Below, piece after piece: positions 36,458 through 44,194 of a stretch of 64,000 nucleotides of DNA; positions within the stretch are counted from its first letter, which is position 1, and each line of letters opens with the position of its first letter. The stretch spans positions 25,756 through 89,755 of the forward strand of contig DLMY01000003.1 of the NCBI GenBank assembly GCA_002478275.1. The letters are read 5' to 3'. The stretch comes from Actinobacteria bacterium UBA7524 (lineage in GTDB: Bacteria; Actinomycetota; Coriobacteriia; Anaerosomatales; UBA912). The notes under the pieces were generated by a model that saw nothing but the letters and a program-made list of their open reading frames with translations, was not told where the DNA came from and made no database searches. A program made the translations under genes and the position numbers.

Positions 36458-37570
36458 TCACGCTACTTCGCCGGGCTCCGGCGTCGGCTCCAGTCCCGCG
36501 TCCGAAACGCCCGCCTCCCCGAACGTCGCCATGCCCGCCATCATCGCGCACGCTGCGTCGATAAGTCCGATTGCAAGTGCAGCTCCCGTGCCCTCACCCA
36601 ACCTCATGTCCAGATCGAGCACAGGATCGAGGTCCAGCGCCTCGAGAACCGCGACGTGACCCGGTTCGACGCTGCGGTGCGAAGGCAGTATGTAGTCTCG
36701 CGCTGCCGGACAGATACGCACTGCAGCAAGAGCCGCCGCTCCCGAAATGAACCCGTCCGCGACACAACATGTCTTGGTGGCGGCAGCGCCAAGAAACACT
36801 CCGGTCAGAGCTGCGATCTCAAGGCCTCCGACCGCGGCGAGAATCTCCAGGGGCTCCAGGGACCCTGCAAGGTTCACCTCGAGCGCCCGACGTACGATGC
36901 GGACCTTATGGGCGACACCCTGCGCGTCCAAACCGGTCCCTGACCCCACCACGCAGGCCGGATCCGCCCCGGTGAACGCCGCTGTCAACGCGGAGGCTGC
37001 GGTCGTATTGCCGATTCCCATCTCGCCGGTGCCCAGCAGCCGGTGACCGACGCCGACAGCATCGACAGCAGCTCTCGCGCCGACCAGGAGCGCGGTCAGG
37101 CACTCCTCGGCATCCATGGCGGGGCCTTCCGCCATGTTCGCGGTCCCGAAAGCCACTTTACGGTGATGGACACCCTCTACAGAGGATATGTCCCGTGCGA
37201 CGCCTACGTCGTAGAGCAGTAGCTCAGCTCCGACACTCCGCGCGAGCTGATTGATCGCCGCGCCGCCGGAAACGAAGTTCTCGATCATCTGCCACGTGAC
37301 GTCCTGCGGATACGAGGAGATCCCCTCCGCGACGACGCCATGATCGCCTGCGGCGAGGATGATCGCTTTCGAGGAGACATCAGGGCGGATCGTGTCCTGG
37401 ATCTGGGCGACACGAACCGCGAGCTCCTCGAGCCGGCCAAGGGAACGGGGTGGCTTTGTGAGCGAGTCGAGACGGTCCCACGCGACTTCGGCCGCCGCGC
37501 TCGAGACGGGTGCGACCATACCGGCCAGATCGTCGACGGCGCCCTGGAGTGAGACGAGGTCCGAGCTCAT
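36458..37570 (-). CDS. cobT: Nicotinate-nucleotide--dimethylbenzimidazole phosphoribosyltransferase
   Basis: ..LTKPPRSLGRLEELA......AGDHGV..EG.S.YP..VT.QM..NF..GGAAIN....GEMGIGNTT. Confidence 0.9.
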   Translation of the reverse strand: MSSDLVSLQGAVDDLAGMVAPVSSAAAEVAWDRLDSLTKPPRSLGRLEELAVRVAQIQDTIRPDVSSKAIILAAGDHGVVAEGISSYPQDVTWQMIENFVSGGAAINQLARSVGAELLLYDVGVARDISSVEGVHHRKVAFGTANMAEGPAMDAEECLTALLVGARAAVDAVGVGHRLLGTGEMGIGNTTAASALTAAFTGADPACVVGSGTGLDAQGVAHKVRIVRRALEVNLAGSLEPLEILAAVGGLEIAALTGVFLGAAATKTCCVADGFISGAAALAAVRICPAARDYILPSHRSVEPGHVAVLEALDLDPVLDLDMRLGEGTGAALAIGLIDAACAMMAGMATFGEAGVSDAGLEPTPEPGEVA

Positions 37571-38163
37571 CGGGGCCACCAGACTTCCTGAGGCAACGCG
37601 TGCAAGTCGAAGCAGCGGCCAGCGACGACCAGGTACGCGGAGTCCGAACGGTCCACGAGCGCGCGATTGCCTCTGCCCAGGACGTCTCGGAACACCCTGC
37701 CTGATGGATACGGCGGGATGACGCCTTCACCGACCTCGTTGGTCACCACGATCGTGTCGTCGAGCCGGCGGGTGATCCAGCCGAGTATGGGCACGAACCT
37801 GCGCTCGACCTCGGCCGTATAGCCGTCAGGCAAGCTATCGTAACCCGCGCGGGCAGTCGTGTTGCTGGTCATGTCGACGAGGACCTCATCCATCACTCTG
37901 GCCAGTAGCGAACCGACGCAATCGACGATGAGGATCCCATCGCGTACCCGCTCGGTCCACTCCACGGAATCTGCCGCCTCGACCGTCGTCCACTCGTCGG
38001 GGCGATCCTCCTGGTGACGACGGACACGCTCCGCCATCTCGTCATCGGTGGCCGCGGCACCGAACACCGCGACGCTCACGTCACCCGGTGATTTGGCCGC
38101 AAGCGTCTGAGCGACTGAGGACTTCCCGCAGCGCGCCCCGCCCGTCAGTACAACCAAAGCCAT
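37567..38163 (-). CDS. cobU: Bifunctional adenosylcobinamide kinase / adenosylcobinamide-phosphate guanylyltransferase
   Basis: MALVVLTGGARCGKSSVAQ...ILIVDC...VVTNEVG.G..P. Confidence 0.85.
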   Translation of the reverse strand: MALVVLTGGARCGKSSVAQTLAAKSPGDVSVAVFGAAATDDEMAERVRRHQEDRPDEWTTVEAADSVEWTERVRDGILIVDCVGSLLARVMDEVLVDMTSNTTARAGYDSLPDGYTAEVERRFVPILGWITRRLDDTIVVTNEVGEGVIPPYPSGRVFRDVLGRGNRALVDRSDSAYLVVAGRCFDLHALPQEVWWPR

Positions 38164-38174
38164 TAGCTGCTCCC

Positions 38175-38942
38175 TTACCCCGAATCGCTGGTGCCCGCCC
38201 GCGCAAGCAGTGTCGCCTCATCCTCGTCAAGCATACGACACTGCCCACTCGGCAGGTCGCCGAGCTCGATAGGTCCGAACGAGGTCCTGTGCAGTCGCAA
38301 GACAGGATGGCCTATCGCCGAGAACATCCTCTTGACCTGACGCTTGCGCCCCTCGGAGATGGTGATCCGCACCTGAGTCGTGTTCCCTGCCGAGGAGACA
38401 CGTTCGACCGTAGCCGGACGGGTCGGCCCGTCGTCGAGTTCGATCCCTTCCCTCAGTCGCTGAAACGCTGCTTCCGACGGGGCGCCATCCACAGTGACCA
38501 GATACTCCTTGCTGACGTGGAACGACGGATGCAGCAGACGAAACCCCAACTGGCCGTCTGTGGTGAACAGCAGCAACCCTGTCGTGTCGCGGTCCAGACG
38601 CCCTACCGGGAAGAGCCCGGGCAGATCATCGGGGATGAGCTCTCGCACCGTGGGCCGCCCCTGGGGATCGTCCATGGTCGTCACGTAGCCGGCGGGTTTG
38701 TGCAGGACCAGATGCACGGGCGTTTCGCCAAGCGCGACCTCGATACCATCGACGGTCACCTTGTCCACCAGTGGATCGACCTTCGCGCCAAGCTCAGTCA
38801 CGACCTGGCCGTTGACGCACACGCGGCCCGCGGTCATGAGGTCCTCGCTCCCGCGCCGGGAAGCCGCTCCCGCGCGTGCGAGGAACTTCTGAAGGCGCAT
38901 CGGGACGACTCGCTCATCACCGGTTCCGGACACCTTACCCAT
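38175..38942 (-). CDS. rluB: Pseudouridine synthase, RsuA/RluB family, with an S4 domain
   Basis: MRLQKFLARAGAASRRGSEDLMTAGRVCVNGQVV..HKPAGYVTT..GRLDRDTTGLLLFTTDG. The start could instead be the ATG at 38900. Confidence 0.85.
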   Translation of the reverse strand: MGKVSGTGDERVVPMRLQKFLARAGAASRRGSEDLMTAGRVCVNGQVVTELGAKVDPLVDKVTVDGIEVALGETPVHLVLHKPAGYVTTMDDPQGRPTVRELIPDDLPGLFPVGRLDRDTTGLLLFTTDGQLGFRLLHPSFHVSKEYLVTVDGAPSEAAFQRLREGIELDDGPTRPATVERVSSAGNTTQVRITISEGRKRQVKRMFSAIGHPVLRLHRTSFGPIELGDLPSGQCRMLDEDEATLLARAGTSDSG

Positions 38943-39663
38943 CGCCCTCGGAGTCGGGAGCGGGGATCTCTTCGGTCACCACCCGGTCGACGACGAACTC
39001 CGTGACCTCGAATCCCTGGGCCGCAGCGGCCTCTTCGAGTTCCTCGGCGATCGAATCGTCATCGGACACCCCGCTTGCGAGCGAGGAACCGTCCAGAGCA
39101 CCCAGGCGCTCGCGTATCGCACGTTCGGTCTGCGGGTCGGGTGCGAATTCCTCGAGCGGTGGCAGCTCTGAGATGTCTTTGAGACCGAACTTCTCGAGAA
39201 ACGTCCGGGTCGTCCCGTACAGGATCGCGTTGCCTTGGTTCTTGTCACGGCCTACCTCGCGCACGAGACCCTTGTCTACAAGCGAGCTGATGACTCCTTC
39301 TGAGTTCACGCCACGGACCGCGTTGACGCCGGCGCGCGTCACCGGCTGGTGATATGCGACGACGGCGAGAGCCTCAAGCGCCGCCTGCGAAAGGCGACGG
39401 GTGTCCCATGAGAGCACGTAACCTTCGACTTGCTCGTGATAGGCAGGGTGGGTGTAGAGCCGCCAACCGCCGGCGACCTCCCGCAGCTGGAACCCTCGCT
39501 CCTGGTCAGCGTATTGCTGCGCGATGCCGGCGAGGACCGCCGCGACTTCGGGCTCGCTGACTTCGAGCACCCGGGCTATGCGTGCGGCACTGACCGGCTC
39601 GTCGCTGACGAACAGCAGCGCCTCGATCTTGCCCCGGAGCTCGACGGGGAGTTCCTCGCTCAT
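38935..39663 (-). CDS. scpB: Segregation and condensation protein B
   Basis: ..IEALLFVSDEPVS......GG.RL.T.P.......LS.AALE.LA.VAY.QP.TRA....RGV.S.....L...GL. The tail is acidic. Confidence 0.88.
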   Translation of the reverse strand: MSEELPVELRGKIEALLFVSDEPVSAARIARVLEVSEPEVAAVLAGIAQQYADQERGFQLREVAGGWRLYTHPAYHEQVEGYVLSWDTRRLSQAALEALAVVAYHQPVTRAGVNAVRGVNSEGVISSLVDKGLVREVGRDKNQGNAILYGTTRTFLEKFGLKDISELPPLEEFAPDPQTERAIRERLGALDGSSLASGVSDDDSIAEELEEAAAAQGFEVTEFVVDRVVTEEIPAPDSEGDG

Positions 39664-40442
39664 TCGTCCTCCTCGATGGTGATCGGTTGAGCAGCGACCG
39701 ACTCGTCAAGCAGCGTGATCACGATGTCTGCATAGACCTCATCTTGGCGCAGATCAGCGATTCCACGCTTGTAGAGCTCGAGTACGGCCAGGAAGGTCAC
39801 AACGACCAGTTCAGGCGTGACCTGGGCTCCCTCAAGCAGGCGAGAGAACGACACCGTGCGGTCCTTGAGCAGACGGCGCGCGACGCTCTCCGCGTGAAGT
39901 TCGAGGGAGATCGGCATGCTGGCGACGTGCTCCGCTTCGAGCAGGAAGACCTCGCGCTTGTGCTCGAGATCGGCGCAGACGACGGCCAGGCCGTGCAGCG
40001 TCACTCCCTCAAGATAGTCGGGCATGAGCTTCAGGAAGCCCTCTTCGATGCCGGCCTGACGCGGGTGCATGCGTGCGACCGCTTCCATCCGCGCATTGAG
40101 CTCGATGGCGATGTTCTTGAACTGCTTGTACGCCAGCAAGCGGGCCACGAGGATCTCTCGGGCGTCTTCGGGCGAGAGGTCATCGAGCTCATCACCGATC
40201 AGGACTTCTTCCCCTGTGGGGACCAGGGCCGCTGCCTTGATCTCCAGAAGCGTTGAGGCGACGAGCAAGAAGTCACTGGCCACATCGAGGTCGAGTTCGC
40301 ACATACGCTCTACGTGCGCGAGATACTGATCGGTCACCTCGACGATGGAGATAGAGTTGACATCCAACTTCTGCTTGGAGACCAGATGCAGCAGAAGATC
40401 GAACGGGCCTTCGAACGCGGCTGTCTTGACCTTGTAGCGCAC
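39660..40442 (-). CDS. scpA: Segregation and condensation protein A
   Basis: VRYKVKTAAFEGPFDLLLHLVSKQKLDVNSISIVEVTDQYL. GTG at 40442; the upstream 80 codons of the track ORF overlap trpS. Confidence 0.88.
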   Translation of the reverse strand: MRYKVKTAAFEGPFDLLLHLVSKQKLDVNSISIVEVTDQYLAHVERMCELDLDVASDFLLVASTLLEIKAAALVPTGEEVLIGDELDDLSPEDAREILVARLLAYKQFKNIAIELNARMEAVARMHPRQAGIEEGFLKLMPDYLEGVTLHGLAVVCADLEHKREVFLLEAEHVASMPISLELHAESVARRLLKDRTVSFSRLLEGAQVTPELVVVTFLAVLELYKRGIADLRQDEVYADIVITLLDESVAAQPITIEEDE

Positions 40443-40450
40443 GGTCGCTC

Positions 40451-41449
40451 CTAGACCCCGGAATCGAGGGAGAGCAGCCGCCGGCAGTTCGCGACGACCT
40501 CGTCGGTGACCGGGCGTACCTTCGCCGCTCCTGCGTCCAGGACCTCCCAGGCGAAACCGGGACGCGCAGCGAGTTCGGCCCTGCGCTCCTGGAACTCCGC
40601 AAGATAGGCGACGAGGTCCTCGGCGAGCTTCTTCTTGTGCGCTACGCACCCGCACTCCGCCGCCCTGCAGCACGAGTCCCATTCCGCGATCTCATCGGCA
40701 GGGGCTATCAGCTTGTGTATCTGGTGCAACGGGCAGATGTCGGGGTCGCCGGGATCGGTCTTGAGCTTCCGGGCGGGGTCTGTAAGCATCGCCGAGACCT
40801 TGGCGCGGATCTCGTCGGGGGGATCGGAGATGAAGATCGCATTGCCGTATGACTTGCTCATCTTGCGGCCGTCGGTACCGGGAACGCGCGCGCCTTCTTT
40901 GGCGATGATGGCCTGTGGCTCGCGCAGGTACTCCCCGTAGGTGTTGTTGAAGCGGCGCACCACCTCGCGCGTCAGCTCCAGATGGGGCAGCTGGTCCTCC
41001 CCGACCGGCACGAAGTCCGCCAGCACTATGGTGATGTCGGCGGCCTGCAGAAGCGGGTACAGGAAGAAGCCGACGTTTCCCAGGTCCTTGTCGGTCACCT
41101 GTTCGCGCTGCTCCTTGTAGCTCGGGACGCGCTCCAGCCAGGGCATGGGGGTCACCATCGTGAAATACATGGTCAGTTCGGCGACCTCGGGCACGTCAGA
41201 CTGGCGGTAGATGGTACAGCGCTCGGGATCCAGCCCGGCGGCACACCAATCGAGCACCATCTCCTCGGAGAACGTGCGCACCCCTGAAGTGTCCGCCCAG
41301 TCGCTCGTGAGCGCGTGCCAGTCCGCGATGAAGTAGAACGCGTCGTAGTCATGCTGCAGCTGCAACATGTTCTGGAGGTTGCCGAACCAGTGGCCCAGGT
41401 GGAGTTTGCCGGTCGGACGGTACCCGGTCAGAACGCGTTTCTTGGTCAT
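40451..41449 (-). CDS. trpS: Tryptophan--tRNA ligase
   Basis: MTKKRVLTGYRPTGKLHLGHWFGNL (HIGH-type) ... KMSKSYGN (KMSKS). The track ORF is over-extended; the ATG at 41449 was chosen. Confidence 0.92.
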   Translation of the reverse strand: MTKKRVLTGYRPTGKLHLGHWFGNLQNMLQLQHDYDAFYFIADWHALTSDWADTSGVRTFSEEMVLDWCAAGLDPERCTIYRQSDVPEVAELTMYFTMVTPMPWLERVPSYKEQREQVTDKDLGNVGFFLYPLLQAADITIVLADFVPVGEDQLPHLELTREVVRRFNNTYGEYLREPQAIIAKEGARVPGTDGRKMSKSYGNAIFISDPPDEIRAKVSAMLTDPARKLKTDPGDPDICPLHQIHKLIAPADEIAEWDSCCRAAECGCVAHKKKLAEDLVAYLAEFQERRAELAARPGFAWEVLDAGAAKVRPVTDEVVANCRRLLSLDSGV

Positions 41450-41510
41450 GTGGCTTTCTGGCTCCTCAATACGGTGACGGCCGTGATGACGTGGTGCGAT
41501 TGTAGCGCAC

Positions 41511-43490
41511 TCACACTCCGGTGAACTGGTGCGGGTCCCAGTCGGGCGGGCCGATGACGAACAGTACGTCCCCGACCTCGATCCGTGTGTCGCCGTGGGG
41601 ATTGGCGATGTTGTTCCCGTCGCGCCTGACCGCAAGCACCGTCACCCCGAAACGTGGTCGCAGTCCGAGCTCCGCGATGCTGTGACCCGGGTACGGAGAG
41701 CCCTCGATGGCCCGGAAGCTCTGAGTTCTCATCTCCGGGATCTCGACGCGCAGATCTCCCGAGGAGAGCGTGTCGTGACTCAGGGGCCTGGCCATCTCCT
41801 GCATGTCAGAGCGCGTCTGCACGACCGCCCGGTGGATATCGTCCTTGGGAACCAGAAGTCGAGCCAAGACTCGCGCCATGATCTCAACGGAGACTTCGAC
41901 CTCATCGGCGATGACCTCGTCGGCCCCCAGAGCGTAGAGTCCCTCGGTCCCACGCCTGTAGCGCGTCCTGGCCATGATGAACGCGTCCGGAGCGAGGCGA
42001 CGGGCCAGCTCGATGATGCGTCGTGTGGCCATCGGATCATCGACCGCAACGACGATCGCCTTGGCCCGCGAAGCGTGTACATGCTCGAGCACCGCCTCAT
42101 TCGTTGCGTCCCCGTAGTGGATGTCCACGGTGGCCTTGCGGCCTTCTCGCACGTGATCGATGTTGAGCTCGACGGCCGTGGCCGGCAGTCCGATGTGCTC
42201 GACCGCCTCGTAGACGTTCCTGCCGGTCACGCCGAACCCGATCACAAGGACGTGGCCTTCCGCATGCTCATGGACGTGTCCGAGCTGCCGGTGCGCCGCG
42301 CCTTGAAGGAGCCACTCGGGCAGAGGCAACCGGGTGACCCACGACGCGAAAGGAGCCGAGAGCGCCATCATCGCGGGCGTGAGGATCATGCTGAGCACCG
42401 CACACGCGACCACGACCTGGAACGTATCGTGATCGAGCACTCCGACGGTTGCGCCCTCCTCGGCAAGCAGGAACGAGAACTCCCCGATCTGTCCGAGCGC
42501 CATCCCGGCCATGATCGCGGTACGCATTGGATAGCCGAGGAGAACCGTCGCAGTCCCGGCAGCGAGAGGCTTGATCACGAGGAGTCCGAGCGTCAGAAGG
42601 AGTATCAACACCGGATGGGCGATTATGAATGGGATATCGACAAGCATGCCGATCGAGACGAAGAACAGGCTCGTGAACACGTCGCGGAAGGGCATGATGA
42701 CCGAGACCGCCTGCTGGCTGTAGGGCGAGTCCGAGATGATCAGACCGGCGAGGAACGCGCCGAGCGCCAGAGACAGTCCTGCAGCACCGCTGGCGAGAGC
42801 GATGCCCATGCAGATCACGAGTACCGTGAGCAGGAACGCCTCACGGTTCCGGGTGCGCGCGACCTGCTCGAGCACGATGGGAATCACCCACTTGTACGCG
42901 ACAAGGACGATCAGGCCGACGGCTCCCACACGCATGAAGAACTCCGCAAGTGGAACGGAGTCCGCCGAGGAACTCGCTGCGGCGCCCGCGAACAGCGGAG
43001 CCGCGATCATCACGGGGACGACGGCTATGTCCTGATAGATGAGCGTTCCGAGCGCCATACGTCCGTGAGGCGCCTCCATCTCCGCACGGTCTTGCAGGAG
43101 CTTCAAGACGACCGCCGTGCTCGAGAGTGCAACGACCAGGCCCAGGAACAGCGCCTGCCCCGGCGTGCGCCCCATGATGACGGAACCCACCGCTATCGCC
43201 CCGGCGGTGAAGCCCATCTGCACCGAGCCGCCGAACAGGAACGGCTTGCGTATCTCCGCAAGATCTCGAAGGGAGAGCTCGAGACCGATCACGAACAGCA
43301 GAAGCGCGATGCCGAGCTCAGCAAGGAGTTCTACCTGTTCGGAGGTACTGACGACCCTGAGCACATGCGGACCGGCAACGATGCCGCCGATCAGGAAACC
43401 GATCACGGGAGGCACCTTGATCCGGTGGCAGAGGAGCACGGCGACGACCGAGAGGCCGAACGCGATAGCCAGGTCGGTCAGCAGTTCCAC
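41511..43490 (-). CDS. Monovalent cation:proton antiporter-2 (CPA2, KefB/KefC-like) with RCK/TrkA-N and TrkA-C domains
   Basis: An N-terminal membrane domain of about 380 aa, then a Rossmann fold (HVLVIGFGVTGRNV) and a C-terminal TrkA-C-like segment. The 689-aa + ORF 41529..43598 is an Arg/Asp/His-rich antisense shadow. Confidence 0.85.
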   Translation of the reverse strand: MELLTDLAIAFGLSVVAVLLCHRIKVPPVIGFLIGGIVAGPHVLRVVSTSEQVELLAELGIALLLFVIGLELSLRDLAEIRKPFLFGGSVQMGFTAGAIAVGSVIMGRTPGQALFLGLVVALSSTAVVLKLLQDRAEMEAPHGRMALGTLIYQDIAVVPVMIAAPLFAGAAASSSADSVPLAEFFMRVGAVGLIVLVAYKWVIPIVLEQVARTRNREAFLLTVLVICMGIALASGAAGLSLALGAFLAGLIISDSPYSQQAVSVIMPFRDVFTSLFFVSIGMLVDIPFIIAHPVLILLLTLGLLVIKPLAAGTATVLLGYPMRTAIMAGMALGQIGEFSFLLAEEGATVGVLDHDTFQVVVACAVLSMILTPAMMALSAPFASWVTRLPLPEWLLQGAAHRQLGHVHEHAEGHVLVIGFGVTGRNVYEAVEHIGLPATAVELNIDHVREGRKATVDIHYGDATNEAVLEHVHASRAKAIVVAVDDPMATRRIIELARRLAPDAFIMARTRYRRGTEGLYALGADEVIADEVEVSVEIMARVLARLLVPKDDIHRAVVQTRSDMQEMARPLSHDTLSSGDLRVEIPEMRTQSFRAIEGSPYPGHSIAELGLRPRFGVTVLAVRRDGNNIANPHGDTRIEVGDVLFVIGPPDWDPHQFTGV

Positions 43491-43518
43491 GATCTCACCT
43501 CCGGGCCGACTCCCACGA

Positions 43519-44184
43519 CTACCCTACACCCGCGAACAGCTGGAACAGTGGCCAGACGGTCCAGTCGAAGTACCAGCCGATCGGGTCGAAGCCGATGACG
43601 CTGGGTAGAAGCCAGACCGCTGCGACGAGGATCACGAAACCGTACTGCTCGACCTTGTGATAGGTGTTCATCGCCCGGTCGCTCAGGAACAGAGGGAGTA
43701 CCCGAGATCCGTCGAGCGGAGGCAGTGGGATGAGGTTGAAGAACATCAACACGAGGTTCAGGAGGCAGAATCTTAACAGCACGTAGGCGACGACCGATGC
43801 GATCACGCCCTCACCCAACAGGTACGTGACTCTGAACGCCATGCCCGACATGAACGCCAGCACGAGGTTCGTGGAAGGACCGGCGATGCCTGTAAGGAAC
43901 ATCCCCATCCGGTGGTTCTTGAAAGCCCACGTGTTGATGGGGACAGGCTTGGCGTAGCCGAACGCCACCTGACCGCCGCTACCGGCAAGCAGCAGCAGGG
44001 GCAACAGGAACGTGCCGAACGGGTCCACGTGCCGAATCGGATTGAGCGACAGGCGCCCACGGTCCTTCGCGGTCGAATCACCGAGCAGATAGGCGACGTA
44101 CCCGTGAGCGACTTCGTGCAAGACGATGGCGGGGAACAATATGGCGACCCCGATGACGATGTCTACGATCCGTTCGAGCGGCAA
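43519..44184 (-). CDS. Site-2 protease family (peptidase M50) membrane metalloprotease
   Basis: HEVAHGYVAYLLGD (HExxH), ..LNPIRHVDP..., and a NLIPLPPLDG motif. The start is uncertain. The TTG at 44184 is the first start codon that does not overlap the upstream gene. Confidence 0.75.
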   Translation of the reverse strand: MPLERIVDIVIGVAILFPAIVLHEVAHGYVAYLLGDSTAKDRGRLSLNPIRHVDPFGTFLLPLLLLAGSGGQVAFGYAKPVPINTWAFKNHRMGMFLTGIAGPSTNLVLAFMSGMAFRVTYLLGEGVIASVVAYVLLRFCLLNLVLMFFNLIPLPPLDGSRVLPLFLSDRAMNTYHKVEQYGFVILVAAVWLLPSVIGFDPIGWYFDWTVWPLFQLFAGVG

Positions 44185-44194
44185 ACCCGGACCC

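Noticed and set aside
38164-38174. Expected cobalamin riboswitch upstream of cobU
   Set aside because: Only 11 nt separate cobU from rluB, and no B12-box-containing structure occurs nearby.
41450-41510. Possible T-box or leader upstream of trpS
   Set aside because: The gap is only about 60 nt. It has no specifier or antiterminator features and is too short for a T-box.
41529-43598. 689-aa + strand ORF. Similar long + strand ORFs occur at 22818..24305, 28508..29806, 31267..33078, 55721..56941 and 58942..60021.
   Set aside because: These are typical high-GC antisense shadow ORFs. Their composition is dominated by Arg/Asp/His/Gly/Pro. Each lies exactly opposite a well-supported minus-strand gene (CPA2 antiporter, rpe/gpsA, ispH/plsC, aroA/tyrA, nuoL, nuoI).
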